Assembly (NCBI GenBank): GCA_963815585.1
Contig: CAWFHJ010000020.1
Coordinates: forward strand, 88,673-152,672
Reading direction: 5' to 3'
Length of the DNA: 64,000 nucleotides
Source of the DNA: an uncultured Actinomycetota bacterium
Lineage (GTDB): Bacteria; Actinomycetota; Actinomycetes; Propionibacteriales; Nocardioidaceae
A program made the translations under genes and the position numbers. The notes under the pieces were generated by a model that was given only the letters and a program-made list of their open reading frames with translations, did no database searches and was not told the DNA's origin. This document shows positions 27,449-36,982 of this stretch, in pieces (the stretch's first letter is position 1; each line of letters starts with the position of its first letter).

Positions 27449-28261
27449 ATGACCGCCGCCCTGGCCGACCAGGTGATCGTGCCGGCCCGCTACAACGGTC
27501 CCGCCCGCTCGGGCAACGGGGGCTACGTCAGCGGCCTGCTGGCCCACGAGCTGCGCCCGGACCACACGGTCGCGGGCGACAACGAGGAGGTCGCGGTCGC
27601 CGTGTCGTTGCGCCAGCCGCCTCCCCTCGACGTACCACTCCACGTCGCCCGCGAGGAGCCCGGCACCGCCGCGCTCACGTTCGGCGGCGCCGTGATCGCG
27701 CACGCCCAGGTGGTGCCGGCCGAGATCGAGCCGGTCGCCCCGGTGCGGTACGACGAAGCCGCGGCGGCGTCCGTGCACTACCCCGGCCACACCTCGCACC
27801 CCTTCCCCACCTGCTTCGCCTGCGGCACCGACCGGCCCGACGGCCTTCGGATCTTTCCCGGACCGGTCTCCCCCACCGCAGACGGTCACACCGTCGTCGC
27901 CGCGCCCTGGACGCCGGCGGCCGACGTCGCTGCGGACTTCCACGAGTACGACGAGCCAGGGCAGCGGGCCTGCCTCGCGGCGACCTGGGCCGCGCTCGAC
28001 TGCATCGGCGGCTGGGCCGGCGACCTCGGTGAGCGGCTGATGGTCCTCGGCCGGATGACTGCCGTCGTCGACGACCTCCCGCTGGTCGGCGAACCCCACG
28101 TGGTGATGGGACAGGCCCTCGGCCAGCAGGGCCGCAAGACGTTCACCGCCAGCACTCTCTACGACCCCGACGGCCGGATCGTCGGTCGCGCCGAGCACGT
28201 CTGGGTCGCCGTCGACCCCGACGTCTTCAACCAGCTGCTCACCGACCAGGAGAACGCGTGA
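27449..28261 (+). CDS. Double hotdog-fold/thioesterase-like hypothetical protein
   Basis: RYNGPARSGNGGY, HPFPTCFACG, WAALDC. Confidence 0.6.
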   Translation: MTAALADQVIVPARYNGPARSGNGGYVSGLLAHELRPDHTVAGDNEEVAVAVSLRQPPPLDVPLHVAREEPGTAALTFGGAVIAHAQVVPAEIEPVAPVRYDEAAAASVHYPGHTSHPFPTCFACGTDRPDGLRIFPGPVSPTADGHTVVAAPWTPAADVAADFHEYDEPGQRACLAATWAALDCIGGWAGDLGERLMVLGRMTAVVDDLPLVGEPHVVMGQALGQQGRKTFTASTLYDPDGRIVGRAEHVWVAVDPDVFNQLLTDQENA

Positions 28262-29802
28262 CGAACCCGTGGTGGCGCGACGCCGTCTGCTACCAGCTCT
28301 ACATCCGCAGCTTCGCCGACCACGACGGTGACGGGAAGGGTGACCTGAAGGGGATCACCGACCACCTCGACCACCTGGTCGACCTCGGCGTCGACGCGCT
28401 GTGGCTGAACCCGTTCTACCCGTCGCCGCAGAACGACCACGGCTACGACGTGAGCGACTTCCGCGACGTGGAGCCGGCGTACGGCACCCTCGACGACTTC
28501 GACACCCTGCTCGCGGCCGCGCACGAGCGGGGGCTCAAGCTGCTCGCCGACATCGTGCCCAACCACACCTCCAGCGAGCACCCCTGGTTCCAGGAGGCGC
28601 TGGAGTCGACGCCGGGCAGTCCCGCGCGAGACCGTTACGTCTTCCGGCCGGGACGTGGACCCGGCGGCGCCGAGCCTCCGAACAACTGGCTGTCCGCCTT
28701 CGGTGGCCCCGCCTGGGAGCGGGTGCCCGACGGTGAGTGGTACCTCCACATGTTCGACGTCACCCAGCCCGACCTCAACTGGCGCAACCCGGAGATCCCC
28801 GCGGACTTCGAGAAGACCCTGCGGTTCTGGCTGGACCGGGGGGTCGACGGCTTCCGGGTCGACGTCGCGCACGCGCTGTTCAAGGCGGAAGGGCTGCCCG
28901 ACGTGCCCGACCCCGAGCGGTGCCTCGACGGCAGCCAGCTGGACACCCCGATGTGGGAGCAGCCCGAGGGGCACGACGTGTTCCGGCGGTGGCGCCAGAT
29001 CCTGGCCGACTACGACGGCGACCGGATGGCCGTCGGCGAGGCCTGGTGCCCGACCCCGGCCCGTACGGCGCTCTACGTGCGGCCCGACGAGCTCCAGCAG
29101 ACGTTCAACTTCCACTGGCTGCTGGCGACGTGGTCGGCGCGCTCGTTCCGCGAGGCGATCGACACCACCCTGACCTCGCTGGCCGAGGTCGGTGCCCGCG
29201 CGACCTGGGTGCTGTCCAACCACGACGTGGTCCGGCACCCGACGCGGTACGGCGGTGGCGACGCAGGTCGGTCACGTGCCCGCGCGGCCACGCTGGCGAT
29301 GCTCGCGCTGCCCGGCTCGTCGTACCTCTACCAGGGCGAGGAGCTCGGCCTCGAACAGGTGGACGTCCCGGGCGAGCACCGGCAGGACCCGGAGTACCTC
29401 CACGGTCGTGGCGAGGGTCGCGACGGCTGCCGGGTGCCGATCCCGTGGTCCGGCGACGCACCGCCCTACGCCTTCGGGCCCGGCGACGGCCAGCCCTGGC
29501 TGCCGCAGCCCGCCGACTGGGCGCCGGTGACCGTCGCGGCCGAGCAGGCCGACCCGCACTCGACGATCGCGTTCTACCGGGCGGCTCTGGCCGCGCGCAC
29601 CGCCCAGCTCGCGGAGGGCTGGGAGGACGACCTGACCTGGCTCGACCTCGGCGAGGAGGTGCTCGCCTTCCGACGTGGTCGAGTCACGGTCGTCGTCAAC
29701 TGCGGCGACGATGCGATCGACCTGCCCAGCGGCGAGGTCGTGGTCGCCACCGAGGACCTCGACGGCACGCTGCACGCGAACGCCGGGGTCTGGCTTCGCT
29801 GA
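28258..29802 (+). CDS. GH13 alpha-glucosidase
   Basis: DIVPNH, GFRVDVA, GEAW, SNHD, YQGEELG, RDGCRVP. Confidence 0.95.
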   Translation: MTNPWWRDAVCYQLYIRSFADHDGDGKGDLKGITDHLDHLVDLGVDALWLNPFYPSPQNDHGYDVSDFRDVEPAYGTLDDFDTLLAAAHERGLKLLADIVPNHTSSEHPWFQEALESTPGSPARDRYVFRPGRGPGGAEPPNNWLSAFGGPAWERVPDGEWYLHMFDVTQPDLNWRNPEIPADFEKTLRFWLDRGVDGFRVDVAHALFKAEGLPDVPDPERCLDGSQLDTPMWEQPEGHDVFRRWRQILADYDGDRMAVGEAWCPTPARTALYVRPDELQQTFNFHWLLATWSARSFREAIDTTLTSLAEVGARATWVLSNHDVVRHPTRYGGGDAGRSRARAATLAMLALPGSSYLYQGEELGLEQVDVPGEHRQDPEYLHGRGEGRDGCRVPIPWSGDAPPYAFGPGDGQPWLPQPADWAPVTVAAEQADPHSTIAFYRAALAARTAQLAEGWEDDLTWLDLGEEVLAFRRGRVTVVVNCGDDAIDLPSGEVVVATEDLDGTLHANAGVWLR

Positions 29803-29809
29803 GCCGGGC

Positions 29810-30424
29810 CTACCGATCGGGGTAGATGCGCTGGGGCCCGAGGACGTAGTTGCCCGTGATCAGCCCGTCGCGGAAGCCGTCGTCGATGTGCGTCGTGCTG
29901 TTGTCCCCGACGTCGTTGGCGACGGAGGCCGCTCCCACCCGGATCCACGGGGCGTCGTGGATGCACGCGATCGGCACGTGCATCACCATGCGCAGCCCCG
30001 TGGCGTCCCGGATCGCCGTCGCCCCCGTGCAGGGGACCGGCTTCAAGGAGTCCTCGTTGTGCGCCGAGACATCGCCCGTGACGACGTCAGGCTCGACGAA
30101 CCCCGTTGAAAACGTCAAGTGGCGCTTCGACTTGGTGTGGATGGTGAAGCCGGCGCTCCAGTTGTGGTGCTCGTCGGTGCGCATGGCAGCGAAGCGCAGG
30201 GCCAGCTTCACGCGCTTGGGTCCGTAGTGGATCCGCACGACGGTGATGTCCTCGCGGTCCATCGCCGGGTCGACCTCGAAGTGGTTGTCCGGCGGCAGGC
30301 TCAGGTTCGAGTCCTGTGCCGCGTCCTGGTGCACCACCTCGTCGGCCGTGGCCGCCACCGGTGTGAGCGTCACACCCAGCACGGCGCAGACGACGGCCGA
30401 CACGAGATCGGATCTGCTGGCCAT
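29810..30424 (-). CDS. Secreted hypothetical protein (paralog of 30491-31111)
   Basis: Signal peptide ...ATA-DE; HxD..D, two Cys, RVGA motif; GGAG RBS. Confidence 0.75.
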   Translation of the reverse strand: MASRSDLVSAVVCAVLGVTLTPVAATADEVVHQDAAQDSNLSLPPDNHFEVDPAMDREDITVVRIHYGPKRVKLALRFAAMRTDEHHNWSAGFTIHTKSKRHLTFSTGFVEPDVVTGDVSAHNEDSLKPVPCTGATAIRDATGLRMVMHVPIACIHDAPWIRVGAASVANDVGDNSTTHIDDGFRDGLITGNYVLGPQRIYPDR

Positions 30425-30490
30425 GAGACTCCCCGCGTGACGGTGACGTGGCGCCGACGGTACGTCGTCGACGCCACAACCACCAGAGGA

Positions 30491-31111
30491 TCAGTTGCGC
30501 TTGATCCGCGGGCTCATCGTGAGGTCGTCGCCGAGGCCGTTCTTCTGGGAGTCGTCGGCGAAGTCCTCGACCCGGTAACCGGAGTCCTCGGATTCGTCCG
30601 GCACGAAGCTGAGGTTGTCCACGCCGGCGCCCACCCGGACATAGCTCGGCGTGCTCAGGCAGCCCACCGGCACCTGGACCAGCACGTTGCGGTTGACGTA
30701 GTCCACCGTGTGCGTGAGCGAGCACCTCACACCGGGGCCACTGGCCTTCATCAGCTGCCAGTCGCCCTTGCGGTTCTCCTGGCCGAGGTACCCGCTGAGG
30801 ATGAAGTGCTTGCCCTCGTTGGTGTTGATGAACCAGATCGCGCTGAGCGAGTTGGACCTGTCCACCTTCATCTCGGCGAACGTGAGCCGGGTCTTGAGGT
30901 ACTTCTGGCCCACCGCGACACCGAGTCGCGTGACGTCGATGTTGGTGTGGTCCGGTGCTGCCACCGTGTTGTCCTGGGCGTCGAAGGTGACCATGTCACC
31001 GGTCGGGTCGGAGTGGACGTAGGAGCCGGCGAACGAGGCGGCAGGCGCCAGCGTGACGGCAGCCACCACGGCGGCAGCGAGCAGGGCGGGACGACGGAAA
31101 GAGACGGACAT
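30491..31111 (-). CDS. Secreted hypothetical protein (paralog of 29810-30424)
   Basis: Signal peptide ...SFA-GS; HSDPTGD, two Cys, RVGA motif. Confidence 0.75.
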   Translation of the reverse strand: MSVSFRRPALLAAAVVAAVTLAPAASFAGSYVHSDPTGDMVTFDAQDNTVAAPDHTNIDVTRLGVAVGQKYLKTRLTFAEMKVDRSNSLSAIWFINTNEGKHFILSGYLGQENRKGDWQLMKASGPGVRCSLTHTVDYVNRNVLVQVPVGCLSTPSYVRVGAGVDNLSFVPDESEDSGYRVEDFADDSQKNGLGDDLTMSPRIKRN

Positions 31112-31234
31112 GGGGATCCCCCGGGATCTTCAGCGACGAGCGCTGGTCGAGGTGCGCCCGAGTGGCGCACGGGGGAACCCTAGGGCCGGTCTGGACCGGA
31201 CCGTGGGCGAATGCCGCGGATGCACCCTTCCGGG

Positions 31235-31678
31235 TCAGTCCCCCAGCGTCTTGTTGTAGCGGGCGAGCGCGGTCACGAACGCATCCAGCTCGCCGTCGGT
31301 CCAGCCGGACAGCCGCTCGTCGAGCAGCTTGCGCCGCGACCGCGACGTGTCCGCGAGCCGGCGCCGACCCTCGTCGGTCACCCCCAGGGTCATCGCCCGA
31401 CCGTCAGCCGGGTCCGGTGTGCGCTCGACGAATCCGAGGTCCACCAGCTGCTGCACCTGGCGGCTGATCGCACCCTTGTCGATCCCGAACTCCTCGACCA
31501 GCGTCGAGGCCCGCTTCGGACCGCTCTCGGCGACGTTGGCCAGGATGAAGTACGCCGCCGGCTGCAGCTCTTCGTGCACCTCGCGGGCGCGCTCCATCAC
31601 CCTCCGACGGATCCGCCGGATCAGGGTGCCCATCTCCAGCTCGAGCTGGTTGACGAGGTGTGCCTTGTCGTCGGTCAT
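31235..31678 (-). CDS. MarR family regulator
   Basis: IDKGAISRQVQQL, ERTPDPADGRA. Confidence 0.92.
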   Translation of the reverse strand: MTDDKAHLVNQLELEMGTLIRRIRRRVMERAREVHEELQPAAYFILANVAESGPKRASTLVEEFGIDKGAISRQVQQLVDLGFVERTPDPADGRAMTLGVTDEGRRRLADTSRSRRKLLDERLSGWTDGELDAFVTALARYNKTLGD

Positions 31679-33300
31679 CGCGGGGAGCCCTCGGTGGCCG
31701 GCTCGGGGACGACCTCGTCCTCGCGCTGGATGGTGGTCCGCAGCGGGACCTCCTTGATGAACAGCACGCAGAGCAGGGCCACGACCGCGAACGGCACGGC
31801 GATCAGGAACAGGTGCCCGGTCGCATCACCGAACGCGCCCTCGAAGACCGCACGGATCGGGCCGGGCAGGGTGGACAGGTCGGGGATCTGGTGGCTGCTG
31901 TGCGCGTCCTCGGAGACCCCCATCGACGCGAGCTTGTCGGTCACCGTCGAGGCGACCTGGGTGCTCAGCACCGCGCCCAGGGCGCTGACGCCGATCGAGC
32001 CACCCATCGAGCGGAAGAACGACACCACCGAGCTGGCGGCGCCCATGTCGCTCTGCGCGGTGTTGTTCTGCACGGCGAGGACCAGGTTCTGCATGGTGGC
32101 GCCGAGACCGAGGCCCATCACGGCCATCGAGGCGCCGACGTACACGAGCGGCGTGGACGCGTCGATCCGGGACAGCAGCGCAAGGCCGACGATGACCGTG
32201 GCCATGCCGCCGACCAGGTAGCGCTTCCAGACCCCCGTGCTGGAGATGATCCGGCCGGTCACGATGCTCGAGACCAGCAGGCCGCCGACCATCGAGATCG
32301 ACATCAGCCCGGCGTGGGTCGGGCTCATGCCACGGGCGAGCTGGAAGTACTGCGAGAGGTAGACGGTCGAGCCGAACATCGCGACACCGACCATGATCGA
32401 GGCGGCCGTCGCCAGGGACGTGGTGCGGTCCCGGAAGAGGCGCATCGGGATCACCGGCTCGCGGGCGACCTTCATCTCGACGTACACCGCGGCGGCGAGC
32501 ACGGCGAGCCCGGCGGCCACCAGCAGGCCGGAGGTGGCGGAGAGCCAGTCGAAGTGCTGGCCGGCCAGGGAGACCCAGACCAGGAGGAAGGAGACGCCGG
32601 CGACCAGCAGGGTGGCACCGAGGTAGTCGATGTGCACCTCACGCTTGATGACCGGCAGGTGCAGCGTCTTCTGCAGTACGACGAACGCGAGCGCCGCGAC
32701 CGGGATGCCGATGAAGAAGCACCAGCGCCAGCCGATCGAGTCCACGACCAGGCCACCGATGAGCGGACCGCTGACCGTGGCCAGCGCGAACGTCGCGCCG
32801 ATGTAGCCGCTGTAGCGACCCCGCTCGCGCGGGCTCACCATCGAGGCGATCACGACCTGCACGAGGGCGGTCAGGCCACCGACGCCGAGGCCCTGGATCG
32901 CGCGGGCGCCGATCAGCACGCCCATGTTGGGCGCGAACCCGGCCACCAGCGAGCCGGCCACGAAGATCACCAGCGCGGACTGCACGAGGACCTTCTTGTC
33001 GAACTGGTCGGACAGCTTGCCCCAGACCGGTGTCGACGCGGTCATCGTGAGCAGCGTGGCGACGACCACCCAGGTGTAGCCGGACTGGCTGCCCTGGAGG
33101 TCGGTGATGATCCGCGGGAGGGCGTTGGACACCACGGTGCTGGACAGCATCGCGACGAACATCGCGAGGAGGAGGCCGCTGAGCGCCTCGAGCACCTCGC
33201 GGTGCGACATCTGCCCGGAGCTCTCGACAGGGGAAGCGTCGAGGACGGCGGTGCCGGCGGTGGACTGGTGGGACACGGAAGCTCGATTCACGGTCGTCAT
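31675..33300 (-). CDS. MFS drug efflux transporter (EmrB/QacA, DHA2)
   Basis: 14-TM pattern, WGKLSDQFDKK, RERGRYSG, WRWCFFI. Confidence 0.93.
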   Translation of the reverse strand: MTTVNRASVSHQSTAGTAVLDASPVESSGQMSHREVLEALSGLLLAMFVAMLSSTVVSNALPRIITDLQGSQSGYTWVVVATLLTMTASTPVWGKLSDQFDKKVLVQSALVIFVAGSLVAGFAPNMGVLIGARAIQGLGVGGLTALVQVVIASMVSPRERGRYSGYIGATFALATVSGPLIGGLVVDSIGWRWCFFIGIPVAALAFVVLQKTLHLPVIKREVHIDYLGATLLVAGVSFLLVWVSLAGQHFDWLSATSGLLVAAGLAVLAAAVYVEMKVAREPVIPMRLFRDRTTSLATAASIMVGVAMFGSTVYLSQYFQLARGMSPTHAGLMSISMVGGLLVSSIVTGRIISSTGVWKRYLVGGMATVIVGLALLSRIDASTPLVYVGASMAVMGLGLGATMQNLVLAVQNNTAQSDMGAASSVVSFFRSMGGSIGVSALGAVLSTQVASTVTDKLASMGVSEDAHSSHQIPDLSTLPGPIRAVFEGAFGDATGHLFLIAVPFAVVALLCVLFIKEVPLRTTIQREDEVVPEPATEGSPR

Positions 33301-33393
33301 AAGGTTGACGTCGGCAACTATATTCCCCGTGCTCTCCCGCGTCGACTTTCGGCGGGGTCGGCTGCGTCACATCCTCCCCGGCGACAGATGCAG

Positions 33394-33640
33394 CGACCCG
33401 CAGGCGGGGCCTTGATGGGCCCTGCACCGGTGGATAGGCCGGTCGCCTGCGGGTCGGGTGACTGCTTCTGGATTCGCCAGCAGCGCCTGCACGGCTCTCG
33501 TCGTGGACGGGGCTGGCTGGTGTGCTGCTAGCGGGCAGCCACCTCACGCATCCGATAAGAACTCATTCTTCGGACCACCTCCTTTCCCGTGTACGACGAG
33601 CGTAGGCCGACGCCGGGCCGCCAACAAGAGCTTTTCGAAT
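33394..33640 (-). ncRNA. Candidate structured RNA carrying a 12-codon sORF
   Basis: GAAAGGAGGTG SD, sORF 33566-33528, long-range GGUGGCUGC/GCAGUCACC pairing, terminal 13-bp stem with two internal hairpins. Confidence 0.6.
33528..33566 (-). CDS. sORF MSSYRMREVAAR (12 aa)
   Basis: ATG 33566 to TAG 33528, preceded by the full anti-SD complement AAAGGAGGTG (33576-33585). Confidence 0.6.
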   Translation of the reverse strand: MSSYRMREVAAR

Positions 33641-33658
33641 GGCTGCCATCATCGGCTG

Positions 33659-34915
33659 GTGGCGAAGTCTCGGTGGCGACTGCTCTCCACCGTCGCCACC
33701 GACATCCGGCCGCTGCGCGTCTCCGCGCCGTTCCGCCGGCTCTGGTTCGGCAACTCGGTCGCCCAGCTCGGCCAGCAGATGACCGCGGTGACGATCGCGA
33801 TCCAGGTCTACGCGATCACGCACAGCTCCTTCGCCGTCGGCGTGGTCGGCGCCTGTGCGCTGGTGCCGCTGGTCGGCTTCGGTCTGTACGGCGGCGCGGT
33901 GGCCGACGCGATGGACCGCCGCAAGCTCGCGCTCGGCGCGTCCTCGCTCGCGTGGGTGTGCTCGATCGCCCTTGCTGCACAGGGTTTCCTGCACAACACG
34001 CACGTCGGCGTGCTCTACGCGCTGGTCGCTCTGCAGTCGGTGGCGTTCGCCTTGAACAGTCCTGCGCGCAACGCGATGATCGCTCGGCTGCTTCCCCGCG
34101 ATCTGCTCCCTGCTGCGTCTGCGCTGAACATGGCGTCGTTCAACCTCGGGTTCACCCTGGGCCCGATGTTCGGTGCACTTGCCGTGAAGTTCGGTGGCTT
34201 CGGCACGGCGTACGCGATCGACGTGGTGACCTTCACGGCCGCGATGTACGCCCTCCTCCGGCTGCCGCCGATGCCGCCCGAGGACGGCAGCCCGCGGCCC
34301 GGGCTCAAGGCCGTGATCGACGGGCTGCGCTACCTGCGCTCGTCACCCAACGTGCGGATGACGTTCGTCGTCGACCTCTGCGCGATGGTGCTCGCGCAGC
34401 CGCGCGCGCTGTTCCCGGCGATGGCGGCCAAGGTGTACGGCGGCGGCGCCGCGACGGTCGGCGTGCTGCAGGCGGCCCCGGCGTTCGGGTCGCTGCTGGC
34501 GTTCCTGGTCTCCGGCTGGATCAGCCGGGTGCGCCTGCAGGGGGCCGCGGTGGTGATCGCGGTCCTGGGCTACGGGCTGGCCGTCGGCTCGGTCGGGATC
34601 ACCTCGATGCTCTGGATCGGCGCGATCGGGCTGGCGTTCTCCGGCGCCTGCGACATGGTGAGCGCGGCGTACCGCTCGACGATCCTGCAGGTCGCCGCCC
34701 CCGACCAGATGCGCGGTCGCCTCCAGGGCGTGTTCATCGTGGTCGTCGCGGGCGGCCCACGAGCCGGCGACTTCCTGGCCGGCTCCGCCGGCGACCTCAT
34801 CGGCGAGCGCCTCGCCCTGGTCCTCGGTGGTCTCGCCTGCGTCGCCGGCGTCCTCCTCGCCGTGCTCCGCTGGCCCGGCTTCCTCCGGTACGACGCCCGC
34901 CGCCCCACGCCCTGA
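33659..34915 (+). CDS. MFS transporter (EntS/MFS_3-like)
   Basis: FRRLW, GAVADAMDRRK, 12 TM segments, MRGRLQGVFIVVVAGGPR. Confidence 0.9.
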   Translation: MAKSRWRLLSTVATDIRPLRVSAPFRRLWFGNSVAQLGQQMTAVTIAIQVYAITHSSFAVGVVGACALVPLVGFGLYGGAVADAMDRRKLALGASSLAWVCSIALAAQGFLHNTHVGVLYALVALQSVAFALNSPARNAMIARLLPRDLLPAASALNMASFNLGFTLGPMFGALAVKFGGFGTAYAIDVVTFTAAMYALLRLPPMPPEDGSPRPGLKAVIDGLRYLRSSPNVRMTFVVDLCAMVLAQPRALFPAMAAKVYGGGAATVGVLQAAPAFGSLLAFLVSGWISRVRLQGAAVVIAVLGYGLAVGSVGITSMLWIGAIGLAFSGACDMVSAAYRSTILQVAAPDQMRGRLQGVFIVVVAGGPRAGDFLAGSAGDLIGERLALVLGGLACVAGVLLAVLRWPGFLRYDARRPTP

Positions 34916-34987
34916 CGGGGATAGTCCCGGCCATTTGACACCTGCCAGGCGCGTCATGAGGTGCCGTTTGGCCGGGACTACCCCCGA

Positions 34988-36982
34988 TCAGCCCACGACA
35001 GCAGCAGCGAACTGCGCGTTGTAGAGGCGCGCGTAGGCACCGTCGGCGGCAAGCAGGGACTCGTGGGTGCCCTGCTCGACGATCGCGCCGTCCTCCATCA
35101 CCAGGATCAGGTCGGCGTCGCGGATCGTGGACAGCCGGTGGGCGATCACGAAGGACGTCCGGTCGGAGCGCAGCGCGGCCATCGCCTGCTGCACGAGCAG
35201 CTCCGTGCGCGTGTCCACCGACGACGTCGCCTCGTCCAGGATCAGCAGCGCTGGGGCGGTCAGGAAGGCGCGGGCAATTGTGACCAGCTGGCGCTCACCG
35301 GCAGAGAGGTTCGAGCCGTCCTCGTCGATCACCGTGTCGTAGCCGTCGGGCAACGAGTGCACGAAGCGGTCCACGAACGTCGCCCGTGCGGCGGCCAGGA
35401 TCTCCTCCTCGGTGGCGTCCGGACGGCCGTAGGCGATGTTGTCGCGGATCGAGCCGCCGAACAGCCAGGTGTCCTGCAGCACCATCCCGATCTGCCCGCG
35501 CAGCGCCTCTCGCGGCATCGCGGTGATGTCGACGCCGTCGATCGTGATCCGGCCGGCGCCGATCTCGTAGAACCGCATCACCAGGTTGACCAGCGTGGTC
35601 TTGCCGGCGCCGGTCGGGCCGACGATCGCCACGGTCTGCCCGGGGCTCGCCACCAGCGACAGGTCCTCGATCAGCGGCCGCTCCTCGTCGTAGGAGAAGG
35701 AGACGTGCTCGAACGCCACCTCCCCCCGTCGTACGGCGGGCGCACCCGTCGGCGCGGGGTCGGCCGGCTCCTCGTCGGCGTCGAGCAGCTCGAAGACGCG
35801 CTCGGCCGACGCGACGCCGGACTGGAGCAGGTTCATCATCGAGGCGACCGTGGTCAGCGGCTGGGTGAACTGGCGGGTGTACTGCACGAACGCCTGCACG
35901 TCACCCAGTGACAAGGACCCGCTCGAGACCCGCAGCGCGCCGACGACGGCGATCACGACGTAGTTGATGTTCCCGATGAACATCATCGTCGGCATGATCA
36001 GCCCGGAGACGAACTGGGCACCGAAGCTCACCCGGAACAGCTCGTCGTTCTGCTCCGCGAACGTGCGCTCCACCTCACCCTGACGGTTGTAGACCTTGAC
36101 CAGCGCGTGGCCGGAGAAGGCCTCCTCGATCTGACCGTTGAGCTGGCCGGTGCGGCGCCACTGCTGGATGAACTGGCCCTGCGAGCGCTTCATGATCGCC
36201 CGCGTGACGTAGATCGAGATCGGCACCGAGACCAGCGCGATCACCGCGAGCAGCGGCGAGATCCAGATCATCATCGCGAGCACCGCGACGACCGTCATCA
36301 GCGACGTCATCAGCTGGCTCATCGTCTGCTGCAGCGTCTGGCTGACGTTGTCGATGTCGTTGGTGACGCGGCTCAGCAGCTCGCCGCGCGGCGAGCGGTC
36401 GAAGTAGCCGAGCGGCAGCCGGTTGATCTTGTCCTCGACGTCCTGGCGCATCCGCCGGACAGTGTTCTGGACGACGCCGTTGAGCACGTAGCCCTGCACC
36501 CAGCCGAGCAGCGACGCGGCGGCGTAGACCGCGAGCACCAGCAGCAGCACGTCGCCGACGGCGCCGAAGTCGACACCGCGGCCAGGGACCACGTGGTCCA
36601 TCGAGGACAGCAACGTGGCGAGCTTGTCCTCGCCGCGGTCACGGAGGTCCTGGACGGCCTGCGCCTGGGTGACCCCTGCCGGCAGGTTGCGGCTGAACAG
36701 GCCCGAGAACACCAGGTCGGTCGCGTGGCCGAGGATGCGGGGGCCCGTCGACATCATCGCGACGCTGGCCACACCGAGCACGACGACCCAGATCGCGCGG
36801 GCGCGGTCGGGGCGCATCCGCGCGACCAGACGCTTGGCGGACGGCCCGAAGGTCATCGCCTTCTGGCCGACCATCCCGCCGCCCATCGGGCCGCGTCCGG
36901 GTCCGCCGGGGCCGGCCTCGATCCGCTCGGTGGCCTTGAACCCGGCCTGGGGCTTGGGAGCGCTGCTCGTCTGCTCGCTCAT
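34988..36982 (-). CDS. ABC exporter ATP-binding/permease subunit
   Basis: TMD plus GPTGAGKT, LSAGERQ, ILDEATSSVD, IAHRLST. Confidence 0.96.
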   Translation of the reverse strand: MSEQTSSAPKPQAGFKATERIEAGPGGPGRGPMGGGMVGQKAMTFGPSAKRLVARMRPDRARAIWVVVLGVASVAMMSTGPRILGHATDLVFSGLFSRNLPAGVTQAQAVQDLRDRGEDKLATLLSSMDHVVPGRGVDFGAVGDVLLLVLAVYAAASLLGWVQGYVLNGVVQNTVRRMRQDVEDKINRLPLGYFDRSPRGELLSRVTNDIDNVSQTLQQTMSQLMTSLMTVVAVLAMMIWISPLLAVIALVSVPISIYVTRAIMKRSQGQFIQQWRRTGQLNGQIEEAFSGHALVKVYNRQGEVERTFAEQNDELFRVSFGAQFVSGLIMPTMMFIGNINYVVIAVVGALRVSSGSLSLGDVQAFVQYTRQFTQPLTTVASMMNLLQSGVASAERVFELLDADEEPADPAPTGAPAVRRGEVAFEHVSFSYDEERPLIEDLSLVASPGQTVAIVGPTGAGKTTLVNLVMRFYEIGAGRITIDGVDITAMPREALRGQIGMVLQDTWLFGGSIRDNIAYGRPDATEEEILAAARATFVDRFVHSLPDGYDTVIDEDGSNLSAGERQLVTIARAFLTAPALLILDEATSSVDTRTELLVQQAMAALRSDRTSFVIAHRLSTIRDADLILVMEDGAIVEQGTHESLLAADGAYARLYNAQFAAAVVG

